A DNA stretch of 64,000 nucleotides, from the NCBI RefSeq assembly GCF_004010195.1, contig NC_057719.1, forward strand, positions 78,973,678-79,037,677, given 5' to 3'. The DNA is from Chiloscyllium plagiosum. Its lineage: Eukaryota. Below, one piece after another: positions 11,493 to 24,655 of this stretch. The position numbers and the translations under genes were made by a program. Numbering within the stretch: position 1 is the stretch's first letter; the number at the start of each line of letters is the position of its first letter. The notes under the pieces are model-generated. The model was not told where the DNA came from and searched no databases. It was given only the letters and a program-made list of their open reading frames with translations.

Positions 11493-11859
11493 TAATGTGG
11501 CACCTGATAAATGTTCCGTTTATTTTTGTAGAAGACTAGTTATTAGTGTAGCACAGTTCAATGAGGTTTTGCGCTACACAGGAAATACTAAATATGGGAT
11601 GCAGAAAGAACACAGTTTTAAAGGGGACACAAATTTCCAAAAGCATCCCCCATCTGGATGAACAGCGAGTTGTAAGTATAAACTTCACATCTTAACCATT
11701 GCTTCTGTCAAAGCGACACATCAACCTCCTACCAACCATGATGCCAGACAGATAATGCATGTCAAGAGGTGCCTTCTCCTCAGTCTCCCAGCCCATCTTG
11801 TGCAGGCCTGAGGGGATTCTTGTCCCAAGCCATCTTTAGTGCAGGCAACTTCCGTGGAC

Positions 11860-12480
11860 GTATGAAATAGGAGCAGAGGAGGCCATTCAGCCCTTCAAGC
11901 CTGTTCTACTATTGAATATGGTCATGTCTGATCATCCAACCCAGCATCCAATTCCTGCTTTACTCAATACCCTTTGATCCATTTAGTCCAAAGATTTATA
12001 CCTAACGCCTGCCTGAAAAAATTCAGTGTTTTGCTCACCCACCTTCTGTGGTGGTGAATTCCACGGACTCATCCCTCTCTGGGTGAAGGAATTTCTCCTC
12101 ATCTCAGTCCTAAAAGGTCTACCCCCAATCCTTAGATTATGATCCCCTAGTCTGGACTCCAGTTATCAGGAACATCTTTCCTGCCTGTACCTTATCTAGA
12201 ATCTTATAAGATTCTACACAATCCCCTTCATTCTTCTGAACTCTCGCAAATGTGAGCCTAACCAGTTCAAGTTGTCTTCATATGTCAATCCGTGAGCCCT
12301 CGATAGGTGGAACCTCTTTCCTCAGGTAAGGACATGAAAATTGCACACAATACTCTCATGTATGGACCCACCAAGGTCCTGTACAATTGCAGAAAGTCAC
12401 CCTTGCTCCTGTACTCACGTTCTCTCGCTATGAAGGCCAACATATTTGCCTTTTTCACCGCCTGCTGGACTCTTTTTTTC
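11860..12480 (-). mobile_element. CR1 LINE fragment
   Basis: Minus ORF VQQAVKKANMLAFIAREREYRSK...LQLYRTLV (CR1 ORF2). Confidence 0.8.
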
Positions 12481-13379
12481 ATCAACCCATGTATAATGAC
12501 AGCCGGGTAATACCTGATGTACTAGATACCACACTGACATAGTTCGGAATGTTTGAATGAGGAGCAGGGGTAGGTCCTTCTGTCCCCTGGAGCCTGCTCG
12601 GCTATTTAAGAAGTTCACGGCTGATCTGATTGTGGCCTTGACTCCATTTTCCTCTGTCCTCCCCACAGCCCTTGACTCCCTGGCACGGGACGTCTCGCCT
12701 TTGAGGGCATAGGTGCTACTTTGCATGTGTGCCCCGGATCAGCTTGAGGATCAGCCAATGCCGCCCAGTCTAGACGGGGGGTCTAACCCGATCTCTGGAA
12801 AGCTGCAGTAAAATGAAGAGCTGCGGTGCTGAGAAAGCAAGCCGGGCAAGGAAGGGTTAAGTCTTTCTTGAAAGGACAGGACTTGGCTTGATTCCTGCCT
12901 CACATGACCTTGTTGGAATTTATCAAAAGCCTCATTAATGCAGCTCCTATTGTAGATTTTCACACATGAACTTGTTGATGCTGATGGTTGCACTCATACC
13001 TACTGGTTCCAGGCACTGTTTCGACTGACTCCAGGGGAATGCAGACAAACTAGGAATAAGCCTTTCAATGAAATTTGGTGGGATGGAGTAATAACCTCAA
13101 GTGAAATTAATTCTAAATCCTCCCCCCACCCCCCCACCCCCACTTTCTTACACATGCTCATGGATCAGAGAAGCGTCTCCACACATCCCTATGTCTGAGT
13201 CATTCCTTTGATCCTCACATACTGAAAAAAAATGCAATGATCCAACCAATGATTCAATGGGATTAGCGATCCAACTAGTGATCCAAATGTGAAGGAGTCA
13301 CACGTGTCTATGGTGACTGAAGGATCCCGGTAATAACTATGTCAGTCAGCAGTGGTAACGACACTCTTCAGTTAAAAAA

Positions 13380-13810
13380 AAGAAATGACTTGCATTTGTA
13401 TAGTGCCTTTCCTGACCTGAGAGCATCCTAAAATGTTTTGTGGCCAATGAAGTTCTTTTTGAAGGGGACTCGCTCTTGCAATGTTGGAATTACAGCTACC
13501 ATTTGGTAAACAGCGATGTGTCACAATATGATAAATGGCCAATTAATATTTTGGTGGTTCTGATTCTGTGATGAATGCTGGCCAAGAGATAAGGGATGAT
13601 TTCCTAGTTCTTCTTCAAAATCGCTCTGTTGACCTTTCGCATGCCAACTGAAAGGGCAGATGGAACTTCAGTTCTACAGTTAATTTAAAATCTGACAACA
13701 ACGCATCGCCTGTACAGTGCCACACTGGGTCAAGATTTCATGCTCAAATCTCAAGAATCAGCTTGAACTACAGCCTTGTGGTTCAGAGGCACGAGTGCTA
13801 CAATGGCACA
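13380..13810 (-). mobile_element. Degenerate Deu-domain SINE
   Basis: Reverse-complement tail CTTGCATTTGTATAGTGCC and a tRNA-like head near 13760-13805. Confidence 0.55.
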
Positions 13811-14109
13811 TACATTGTAGGTTTAACTCTGGCTTTTTAGATGTGTATTTCATGTTGTGAACAGGTAGGCATGATGGAACCCAATGCGAAAAGCAATGCC
13901 ATTTAATGCTAAAGCCCAGAAACTCTGATCCATCAATATAATGTGGGTGGGTGATATTATGAAGGCCATTTACGCATCTTATTAGCGTTAATTTAGTTTT
14001 ACATCTGCAGAATTCTTCTTGATGTAACTCTGTCCTAGATTTCCTCTGTTGAAACTGTGTAGGTTCCACCTCTGAAGGCAGTGACAGCCCAAGCAATGAA
14101 CCTTTACCA

Positions 14110-14610
14110 GTCACTGGTTAGACTCCAGCTGGCGCACTGTGTCCCAGTTGTGGGTATCACACTTTAGGAAGCATACCAAGGACCTGAAGAGATTTTCAGA
14201 GAACAGTATCAGGGATATGGGAGTTCTCTTCAAAGAGATTCAACAGGCTGGGCTGTTCTCTTCAGGGAAAAATGGGAAGATTTCATGGAAGCGTTTGAAA
14301 TTATGAGGGAGTGTGCTGTTTCCAATAGCAGGAGGTTTGATAATCAGAGGTCAGAAATGTAAGGTAATTGGCAAAACAATGAGAGAAAAGGTGAAAAGAA
14401 ATTCTTTTAACATAGTGAATAATTCTGATTTAGAATGCACTGCCTGAAAGAACAATGGAAGAAGATTCACTTGTGACTTTTAAAAGGGAATTGAATAAAT
14501 GTTTACAGAGCCAGGGGAAATGAATGGGGAACTTAGGCACTCAGTTAGCACTTTCCAAAGAGCCAGTCAAGACCAAATGGCCTTACTGTTCTGTGAAAGT
14601 CTTTGATTCA
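14110..14610 (+). mobile_element. Old CR1 LINE fragment
   Basis: CTGGTTAGAC.CCAGCTGG...TGTGTCCCAG...TTTAGGAAG, the CR1 'LVRPQLEYC' region, degenerate. Confidence 0.65.
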
Positions 14611-15369
14611 AGCTTTCATTGAGATAAGGGAAAATAATTTAATATGTGTGTTAAGAGTTTATACTACAATCCCTTCTCTTCAGCGAGAAAGAGTTGCAGT
14701 GATGGGCAGGTTTCCCTTCGTCCTTCCAAATCTTTCTGACAGCAATCACAAGAGAGATTACACTCCCTAATGACCAGCTTTCACCAAGAGAGAGGGAACT
14801 GAAGAAATCCCAGCTGAAAGTGAACCAAGCAAAATGGGATTAGGTTTCAAGCCGTGCACTTTACTATTCATGCACCAGGTGTTCTCGCAATCCTATCATG
14901 TAAAGCCAATGCAAGAACCCACTTATTTTAAAATAAAATGGTGTAATAGAGAGAAGTTTGATATGACTGTGTTAACTACTTGTACAATAATACTTGGAAA
15001 AAGTAATCTCCATGTTATTCTGCCTCTTTGTGCCTTGTGTGTGTTTTCTCTGCATTTTTCTTTCCCTCTGTGTTTGCTTGTGATGCTCCAAATGGGTACA
15101 TATTTTTTATGCCATTCTTTCTGCATGTCTGAACACAAACCTCTTGTTGACTCCACTGCTGTCTTTGATTTATCATACTGCTTGAACAGCGTCACAGTAG
15201 TGAACCAGCAGAAATTTCCCTCAGCAAAATACTGGAAAGACCAAAGTCACTTTTGTTGAATCAATTGACCAACTCCATTGCTTGGGGATTGACAATAACT
15301 TTCTCACTTGCTCCAAATTTGCATCCTTGGCACTCTCTTTGACCCCAAGTCCAGCTTCCAGCTACACAT

Positions 15370-15790
15370 CCATAGAACGTACAACAGTATAGAATAAGAA
15401 TGGGCCCTTTGGCCATGATGTTGTACTGAACATGTTGCCAAATTAAACTAATCCCTTCTGCCTGTCCTTGGTCCATTTCCCTCCATTCCTTGCATATTCT
15501 AAAAGCCCCTTAAACATCTCTATCGTATCTGCCTCCACCACCACTGACAGCACATTCCAGACTCTCACCGTTCTCTTTGTAAAAAACTTGTCCCTCACAT
15601 CTCCTTTCAACTTTCCTCCTCTTACCTTAAATGCATGCCCCACAGTATTAAACATTTCAACTCTGGGGAAAAGATTCTGACTGTAGACCCTAACTATGCG
15701 TCTCCTAATTTTGTAGACTTCTGTCAAGTCTCTCCTCAGCCTCCATTGCTCCAGAGAAAACAATCCGAGTTTTTCTAGCCTTTCCTTTCC
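15370..15790 (-). mobile_element. CR1 LINE 3' fragment
   Basis: Minus ORF ERLEKLGLFSLEQWRLRRDLTEVYKI...FKVRGGKLKGDVRDKFFT. Confidence 0.85.
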
Positions 15791-16496
15791 ATAAGCATTA
15801 AGAGTGCTGATTTCCACTTTTGCCACATCTCCTGCCTCTGCTGCGAAACACTCTCAGCTTTTGTCACCTCTGAACATTTCAATACTTGTCTGGCTGTGCA
15901 TCTATCTTCCATCCTCTGAGAAAATGCCAGCTCATTTAAAACTCTGCTTCTCAAATCCTGAGCCTATCCCTCCTGTGCTCACTGGTGTTGAAATCATTCC
16001 AAAGCATTCAATTGTTCCAATTCTCTGTCTATCACCTCCTCCAGCTCTGTCATCCTCTGGGGTCACTGTAAACTTCTCATTCTATCTTCTTGCACATTTG
16101 TTTACATCCCCCAATCCCATTGGCATTCATGTTTTCAGCTATCTTGGCAGTTGAATACCAACAATAACTTGTCTACCTCTCTTTTGCCCTTTTTGAAATG
16201 CCAGAATAACGTTTGTCTGAGCAATATAATCATCTATCCCATTTATGTGGCTTGAGGTCAAAGTTTGCCTGCTGATGCTGTTGGGAATGATTTTGGGAAT
16301 GACTTTCCTCGATTACAGGTGTTACCTAAGTGTAGGCTGCAGTATTTCACCCTCAACATTCATCAGTCTGCTGAAAGCCCTCCATTGCAAAATGTTTACT
16401 TCAAATCACCCAAACCCAACGTGCTTGTATTTTCTAATATTTCAAGGCAACAGCATTGGGTTTAAATACATAGTGAGGACATCAGTAGTATTTCGA

Positions 16497-17705
16497 GTCA
16501 TTGAGTCATAGAAATGTACAGCACGGAAACATACCCTACTGCCAACCAGATGTCATAAATTAGTCTAGTCCCACCTGCCAGCACTTGGCCCATATCCCTC
16601 TAAACCCTTCCTATTCATATACCCATCCAGATGCCTTTTAAATGTTATAATTGTACCAGCCTCCACTACTTCACCTGACAGCTCATTCCACACATGCACC
16701 ACCCTCTTTGCGAAAAAGGCTTCTCTTAGATCCCTTTTAAATTTTCCCCTCTCATCCTCAACCTATATCTCTAGTTCTGGACTCCCCTACCTCATCGAGA
16801 AAAGGCCTTATCTATTTACCATATCCATGTCCCTCATGATTTTATAAACCTCTATAAGGTCACCCCCTACCTCCAATGTTCCAGGGAAACAGCCCTAGCC
16901 TATTCAACCTCTCCCTGTAGCTTAAATCTTCCAACCCAGGCAACATCCCTGTAAATCTTTTGTGAACCCTTTCAAGTTTCACAACATCCTTCCAATAGGA
17001 GGGAGACCAGAACTGCACGCAATATTCCAACAGTGGCCTAACCAANNNNNNNNNNNNNNNNNNNNNNNNNNNNNNNNNNNNNNNNNNNNNNNNNNNNNNN
17101 NNNNNNNNNNNNNNNNNNNNNNNNNNNNNNNNNNNNNNNNNNNNNNNNNNNNNNNNNNNNNNNNNNNNNNNNNNNNNNNNNNNNNNNNNNNNNNNNNNNN
17201 NNNNNNNNNNNNNNNNNNNNNNNNNNNNNNNNNNNNNNNNNNNNNNNNNNNNNNNNNNNNNNNNNNNNNNNNNNNNNNNNNNNNNNNNCCTAACCAATGT
17301 CCTGTACAGCCGCAACATGACCTCCCAACTCCTGTACTCAATACTCTGACCAATAAAGGAAAGCATACCAAACGCTGCCTTCACTATCCTATCTACCTGC
17401 AACTCCACTTTCAAAGAACTATGAACCTGCACTCCAAGGATCTCTTTGTTCAGCAATATTCCCTAGGACCTTACCATTAAGTGTATAAGTCCTGCTCTGA
17501 TTTGCCTTTCCAAAATGCAGCACTCATATTTATCAAAATTAAACTCCATCTGCCACTTCTCAGCCCATTGGCCCATCTGATCAAGATCCCGTTGTAATCT
17601 GAGGTAACCTTCTTCGCTGTCTACCTCGCCTCCAATTTGATGTCATCTGCAAACGTATTAACCATACCTTCTATGTTCACATCCAAATCATTTATCTAAA
17701 TGACT
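16497..17705 (-). mobile_element. CR1 LINE fragment spanning an N-gap
   Basis: Minus ORF LGVQVHSSLKV...AFGMLSFIGQSIEYRSWEVMLRLYRTLVRPLLEYCVQFWSP; RT FADD region near 17640-17655. Confidence 0.9.
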
Positions 17706-17879
17706 ACAGTAGCCATATATGAATTATTACCACTGCAATATCATCATTAGAGTTTTTATCTGGGAAATTTTGTACAAGAGCGACTAAACTACAAGAGTAG
17801 AGATAGAGAAATGAAAATGGGTTCCCTCACTACTGTTACTGGTACTATTCCATATTACTTCAGGGATGCATTTCTTACT

Positions 17880-18135
17880 CTTGCACACATGCACGCATCC
17901 CTGCATGTGGACACAGAGTCACACCAACCATGAACACACTCTCAGATGCGCACTTGCACATATACATGTGAATATACGTCCACATGAGCACTCACGTACA
18001 TGAATGAATGCAGACACCATGCTGATACGTGTTGCAGAGACATGTGTACATACACACATGCAGACACAAATGCATGCATTGAAACATGGACAGATACTCA
18101 CACATGTTCATGTGCACAAAAGCATAGATACACAT
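17880..18135. repeat. CA/TG-rich low-complexity tract
   Basis: Repeated ACACATG/ACATGC words. Confidence 0.7.
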
Positions 18136-18626
18136 TGTGAGATTTTCATTTTTATTACCTTCATATATTACCTTCAACATAGACTGAGCAACTATTTATC
18201 ACATCTTAAGATGTCAGCATTACCAAGTGGCTGATTACAGTCACTTCAATAAAAATACAGTTCAGTTTCACTGAAGCTCTTAACCAAAATGTTATTAAAT
18301 CTAATTTCTGTAATGATTTTCATTTACCTCTTTCAGAAAATCCATAGACTATTATCAAATAGTCACTATGAGACACCGATATGAGTTGCTCCACATTGGC
18401 TGAAGCTTCAATTACCGACACCATAACCACCGAAACTGCATTCCGTAACATCTCCACTTCTCCTTCTTCTGGTCAGATTTGACAGTTGACGCCTTTTCCA
18501 AATGCTTTGCATGCTCCTGCCATTGTCACTTGCGGTTCTGTGCCCTTGTTCAGCCTGTCTAGGGCCCTGTATGATCTGGAAAGTTTATGGGTGGATTAGG
18601 GCAGAATTCCTTGCTCACTTGAGTCT

Positions 18627-18730
18627 GATAACTCATTCTTGATGAAGGGCTTTTGCCCGAAACATCAATTCTCCTGCTCCTCAGATGCTGCCTGACCTGC
18701 TGTGCTTTTCCAGCACCACATTCTTGACTC
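18627..18730 (+). mobile_element. Penelope-derived terminal fragment with degenerate hammerhead motif
   Basis: TTGATGAAGGGCTTTTGCCCGAAACATC followed by the family body GATGCTGCCTGACCTGCTGTGCTTTTCCAGC. Confidence 0.75.
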
Positions 18731-19889
18731 ACCTAAGTCTAGTCAATCTCGGATGATCATTTTACATGGCGGGTTGCCCCAGATATCCCTTTGGTACTAA
18801 TGTGGTTTAGTGGCTGCACTAGACTGCCAATGGGAGGGCATCTCTGAAACCCTACAGACTCAAGTCCTAGTTCCGTGTAGTCTAATGATACTATGATATA
18901 ATTCCTTACAGGTGTGCTCTATGGCTATTCTTGGAACAAAAGGTAAAATTAACCCTTTACTTTACAATACCCAGAAATGATCCCTGAACGTACGCCAAAT
19001 AGCCCAAATGATATCAATTTGCAAATAATAATTTTAGCTTGTATCCTTAGCCTGTTTATCATATTACATGGGTCAGATAATTCCTTGCTCATTGGATAGA
19101 TTAAGTCCTATCTTAATTCCAAATACTTTATCACACAAAATGATTAATAATCCTTGAGTCTACACTCTGGGCAGTGACTAAATAGGTAAATATTTCAATG
19201 ACCACATGAGTACTACACAGCAAAAACACTCATCAGGCCATTATCAAAACAAAATGGGGAGGGGCAGATTGACATTTCTTTGTGCATTGAATTGTTAGAT
19301 CTTGAATGCACTGCATCACCACCATAGTAGGTGAATACAGTACCAAGAAACATGGCTTGAGCAAAAGTAAATGGAAGTAACAGGGTCAAGACAGGAGAGA
19401 AACTCATTACCTGAGAACTGGGAAACAAGGAACATTATGAACCCAGTCATTTTAAAGCATTGGCGATTAAAAGAAATGAGTGATTCTGATGCAACACAGA
19501 AATGTTTTTGGAGACTCCATTGCAGCTGCAAACGATGGGAAATCCTCATTACATGTAGGAAATACTCCATAAATGCCACCAGAGGAAACATTATATGAGG
19601 CACAAATTCCTTCCATTACAGTTTAGTATCAGAGGTTGTACTGAAAGGAAGATTTAATTGAATAGATGGCCAAATACAGCACTAAATTGGAAATCCTAGA
19701 GATAACAATTCTTGAAACATATAATAACTTTTAAACTAGATACGAAGTCATAAACTGAACAAGTATCCCTTTGACTTCAATCCATGGGATGTGGGCATTG
19801 CTGGCTTGGCCAACACTTCTTGCTCAGCCCTAATTGTCCTAGAGAAGGGGGTAGTGCATTATCTTCTTGAGCTTTTGCTGTTCTTGGTG

Positions 19890-20818
19890 TACAGATTTTT
19901 TAACATTTATATTTTTCTGCATTTTTGACTGTGGATTTAAATAGGAGAACAGTTGTTTTAAAAGCCAGAGATTGCTGTTCTTTTTAACAAGCAAGTAATC
20001 TGAAGCTTATTGTAAGCACTGTTTACACAGCTGCTTGTTCAGATAGCAGTGGAAGCCTAGTTTGGAAATGAGCTGAAGGAATAAAGGTTTGGCTGGGAGC
20101 AAATAACTGATTGCACGGTGAACTAGTGATCAGTTATTGATCATGAAAGCCTTTTACCTGTCAACAATTACATGACTGCCTTCCAGGGAGCCAAACAGCT
20201 TGGAGTGTGAATATTTTGGCAGAAGCAGTTGGATCTATGCAAAAGCAAGTACTGTTTCTCTTCTCTGCAGTAAAAGCATCTCACGTTTGAAGATAGCCTG
20301 TTTATTTTACTTTTCCCGTTACTGTAAACTGTGACTAGTAATTGATAAGTCGATGACTTTTGTAAGAGGAAAGAGTTATTTTTTTCTGCAAATAGGTCAA
20401 AGTATCTGAAGAAGGAAGATCAAGAAGCAGCTTTCTAATCAGCACAAGAATCATTGCAGCAAACCCTATTGGATGGAACCACTGAATTGCCTTCCCTGTA
20501 TTTCCCTCCATCCATAATTCCCATATTTTTACTTCCTGTCTATATCTGAATGTATGTGTTTGTAAAGGGGAAAGTTTACAAGAGGGTTAGCGTTATATTA
20601 CAATGGTTCATAACTGTTTACTTAAAGTAGAATCTACTTATTTGTAATAAATGATTTCCTTTATAAGTACAGAAACCTGCTCAGTGTGCACTGTGAACCT
20701 GGATCTAAAGTACAGGAAATTAGTGAATTCTACATACTTTTTAATTGTTTAACTTTTGAAATGACTCCTGGAATAATGGGTCCTGATTTCCAGTGTGTTA
20801 CCCCAGTGAAGCATGACA
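19890..20818 (+). mobile_element. LTR-like element inserted into a CR1/L2-type LINE
   Basis: Interrupts a LINE whose tail is at about 19785-19890 and which resumes at about 20840. Ends CCCCAGTGAAGCATGACA; homologous to 3920-4577. Confidence 0.5.
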
Positions 20819-20839
20819 CTGGGGGACAGAAATCTACTA

Positions 20840-22356
20840 ATAGGTACATCTGCCATTAGGAAGAGAGTTCCAGGATTTTGATCAGGGAACAATGAAGGAC
20901 TGAAGCTATAGTTTCAAGTCAGGCTTGGCTGCAGACATGCAGGTGAGAATGTTCATATACTTCTTTGCCCTTCCCCTTAATAGATAGAAGAGGTTATGGG
21001 CTTTGAATGTACTATAGAAGGAACTTCTTAAGTTACTGTATCTTGTAGATTTTCACAGTTTTTGCACTGTGCATCAGTTGTGAAGAGAGTCAGTGTTAAA
21101 GATGCTGGTTGGAGCTGTCCTAATGTTGAGTTTCTTAAGTGCTGTTAGAGATGCACATATCCAGATTACATGGACAGTACTACATTGCACTCCTCCAGAG
21201 TGTCTTGTTGATGGGAAGCAGGCATTGGGGGAAGTGACTGCAGAATTCCTAGCCTCTTCTTAGCCTCTCCTCTTGTAGCCATAGTACTTGTATCACTGAT
21301 CCATTTCAGTTTCAGTAAACTCCAGAGGTTTGGTAGTAGAGGATTCAGTGATGGTAATGCCTTTGAATGCCACAAGGTAATGGATGGATTCTCTTTTGTT
21401 GGGGATGGTGAATACCTGACATTTCTATGACATAGGATGTAGCTTGCTACTTGTCGAGAGTCTGTTGCCGGAAAAGCACAGCAGGTCAGGCAGCATCTGA
21501 GGAGCAGGAAAATCGATGTTTCAGGTCGGAATCCTTAATCAGGAATGAAGGGCTGGTGAAGGGCTCTGGGCCGAAACATTGATTTTCCTACTCTTTGGAT
21601 GCTGCCTGATCTGCTGTGCTTTTCCAGCACCACACTCTTGACTCTGATCTTCAGCATCTGCAGACCTCACTTTCTACTGTAACTTGCCACTTGTCATCCC
21701 AAACCTGGATATTGTCCAGGTCTCCCTGCGAATGGGCATAGAATACTAAACATTGCGGAATATCCCCAATTCTGACCTTACGACGGAAGGAAGATCATTG
21801 ATGGAGTAGCTGCAGATGGTTGGACCTAGGATACTGCCCTGCAACTGAGCCTGGAGCTCAGATGATTGACCTCCAACATCCATAAACATTGTCTTTTGTG
21901 TTAGCTTTGACTCTAATCAGCAGAGATTTCCCCCTGACTCCCATTGATTCCAGTTTTGCTAGGATCTCTTAATACTGTATTCAGTGAAATGCTGCCTTGA
22001 TGTCAAAAGCAGTCACTCCCAATTCACCACTTAAGTCAGCTCTTTTGTCCATATTTACACCAAGACTGTAATAATGAGGTCAGCAACTGAGTGGCTTTGT
22101 GGTTCATCAACTGAATAGTAGTAAACAATATATTCCTTTGTGAGTGTTACATGATAATACTGTTGACAACATATTGCTGACAATCCAGAGTAGATTGATA
22201 GCATGGTATTTGACAGGTTTGAATATGTCCTGTTTCCTGTGCTCAGGACATACCTGGCATCTACCTGACAATATGGAAAATTTCTCAATATTGTAGCTGT
22301 AGTGAAACAGCTGTCTAGGGACATGGCAAGTTCTGGGGCACAAGTCTTCAGTACCA
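20840..22356 (-). mobile_element. Degenerate CR1/L2-type LINE, interrupted by a Penelope-derived inverted pair at 21456-21677
   Basis: Minus ORF VLKTCAPELA; sequence is colinear with the 38690-40890 copy. Confidence 0.75.
21456..21677. mobile_element. Penelope-derived head-to-head inverted terminal pair with two decayed hammerhead motifs
   Basis: GGAAAAGCACAGCAGGTCAGGCAGCATC...ATCAGGAA and its reverse complement; flanked by an 18-bp imperfect direct repeat. Confidence 0.8.
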
Positions 22357-22724
22357 AACTTACATCCAGAACCTCAACCTAAGCTACAAATCTTCTCAGT
22401 ACCACACATGATTTTAGTACACCATTAGAAGCTTAGAAAATAACGTTATTGGTTGCCAAGGATGTATAAAATAGCAACAGACACATTTGAAGAGGTACTG
22501 AAAGCTTCTGACAACTTCACAATTAACAAAATTCTTCAAAACGCAAAGTTTAACAGAATACAGCATTCAAAAGAATCCATAGATCATTTGTTATTGATCT
22601 GTACAAATTAGTCATGAGCTACAATTATGATGATTTAAAATCATAAGAGACCAAAATGGTGGGGGAATTGTTGATGAGACTTGGTCAGGTTGATTACAAT
22701 CCAAAGCAGGCCTGACTATATAGA

Positions 22725-23092
22725 GGCAGCATCCAAGGAGCAGGAGAATTGATGTTTCAGGTAAACCCTTCATCAGGAATGACTGGTTTGAATATGTCCT
22801 GTTTCCTGTGTTCAGAACATACCTGGCATCTCCCTGACAATATGTAACGTTTCTCAATGTTGTAGCTGTAGTGGAGCAGCTGTCTAGGGACATAGCAAGT
22901 TCTGGGGCACAAGTCTCCAGTGCCACACATAATCTAGTGCACTATTAAGTGTTCCCCCACCATTCCTGATGAAGGGCTTATGCCCAAAACATCGACTCTC
23001 CTCCTCCTCGGATGCTGCCTGACCTGCTGTGCTTTTTCCAGTGCTACACCTTTTGACTCTGATCTCCAGCATCTGCAGACCTCACTTTCTTC
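22725..23092. mobile_element. Penelope-derived inverted pair enclosing a copy of 22212-22430
   Basis: Minus unit at 22725-22780 and plus unit at 22960-23092, with a LINE-derived duplicate between them. Confidence 0.75.
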
Positions 23093-23754
23093 TGACAGTA
23101 GAGAGTGTGATTCAGATGGAGAGTGAAGCAGAGGTCCGGGAGTAATGCAGAGCAATCGTAATGGGAAAAGTTCAATCTTGGTGCAGGATATCTTTGGAAA
23201 GTACAGCATGGCGAGTGACACATGGTGCCCAGTGCAACAGGCAGGAGTCCTAATCAATAACGTAGAGCCAAGAAACCCCATTGGCGCAAACACTAAAAAC
23301 CAAAAGCTTCTTTGTAGAACCGTATATTGCTTTAGAGAAATGTGTTAAAGCTGGACACTGCCACCGAAAAGCAAAATGGCAAAGAATTGTCAAACTCAAA
23401 AGGTAAATGAGGCAGAGTATTCTCCAGGAAAAGACAAACCTCAGGTTTTCCTCAAGGAAATTAATGGCGTGGACCAAATATTTGGGTAAGCTGACACTCC
23501 TGTCAATGGGAGTTTTGAGCTAGAGTTGGAAATAACAAAAATCCACTGGTGCACATGGAAGATTTGGTGTCTCCAACTGATTGGAATGCACCGCCTAAAA
23601 AGAGATGAGCAAATTTCAAAAGATTGCAAATAAAACATGCTTTCACCAGCAGAGATAACATCCTCCTTGAGACAAATTAAATGTCCACCAGTTCAAAAGA
23701 CAGCAACAGACCTCAGACAGTCAGGAATACAGCCAAAGGTAACTACCTTCCATC

Positions 23755-23968
23755 AAATGACTGACTGTGTGGAGTTTGCACATTCTCCCCGTGTCTGCAT
23801 GGGTTTCCTCCGGGTGCTCCGGTTTCCTCCCACAGTCCAAAGATGTGCAGGTCAGGTGAATTGGCCATGCTAAATTGCCCGTACTGTGGGATAAAGGTAG
23901 GGGAATGGGCGGGTCGGTGTGGACTTGTTGGGCCGAAGGGCCTGTTTCCACACTGTAAGCAATCTAAT
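23755..23968 (+). mobile_element. HE1-like (V-domain) SINE, 5'-truncated
   Basis: TGTGTGGAGTTTGCACATTCTCCCCGTG...GGTTTCCTCCGGGTGCTCCGG core; GGGCCGAAGGGCCTGTTTCCACACTGTA tail. Confidence 0.85.
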
Positions 23969-24655
23969 AACTATATGTTTTACTTTTCCATTCGCTTAAC
24001 TTGTCTCCTTCCAAACTTTCCGTTACCTTCTTTCACTTTCAACCTGTGATTTTATGGAGATGTGCTGGTGGTGCTGTGGGTAGTGTCCTTCTCTCTGAGC
24101 TAGAGGCTTTGGGTTGGAGTCCCAGCCCAGGAGGTAATGGTGCATTCATATATACAGCCAGCCTTCAAATCCCTCCAGCCCATGTGATAAGTGGTAAGAA
24201 TGGGAAAGATTCCTGGTCGGCCAGACAATGGAAGTTGGAGTCTTTCCCGTCATTGTTCATAATTCACGGCTTGTGTGACATGTGTGGCAAAAAATGCATG
24301 TTACTATAGCAACTTGAACTCAGAGTGAATTATAATACATCACCGCATGATATTGCACTGAAATCACTATCCAAATTCATCATTGTTTAAATTCTGTGTG
24401 GTCTCAGTGAATGTTTTTCCAATCTATTGGTGAAGACCCCGCTCACTCGGATGACAGAACCTCTGCAGAGGGTGCAGTGTTGAAAAGAATCTCAAAAAGT
24501 GTACAATTATTGCCCAAACACTCATGCGGCAGGTCTATGGATGCCTGTAAGTGTAGTAAGGCATGCGTGCCCTTGCACAAATCCAACCCATTATTTAACA
24601 CTGAGTACAAAACCTAGGACTCCCTACTCACCCAGACCTGCATGTACTCTGCCAT

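Noticed and set aside
18371..18465. Ser/Thr-rich ATG-initiated mini-exon (MSCSTLAEASITDT...)
   Set aside because: Weak donor, no partner exons and no recognisable homology.
23100..23480. Possible decayed transposase or host exon on the minus strand
   Set aside because: Only a vague resemblance; stops in the frames examined and no diagnostic motif.
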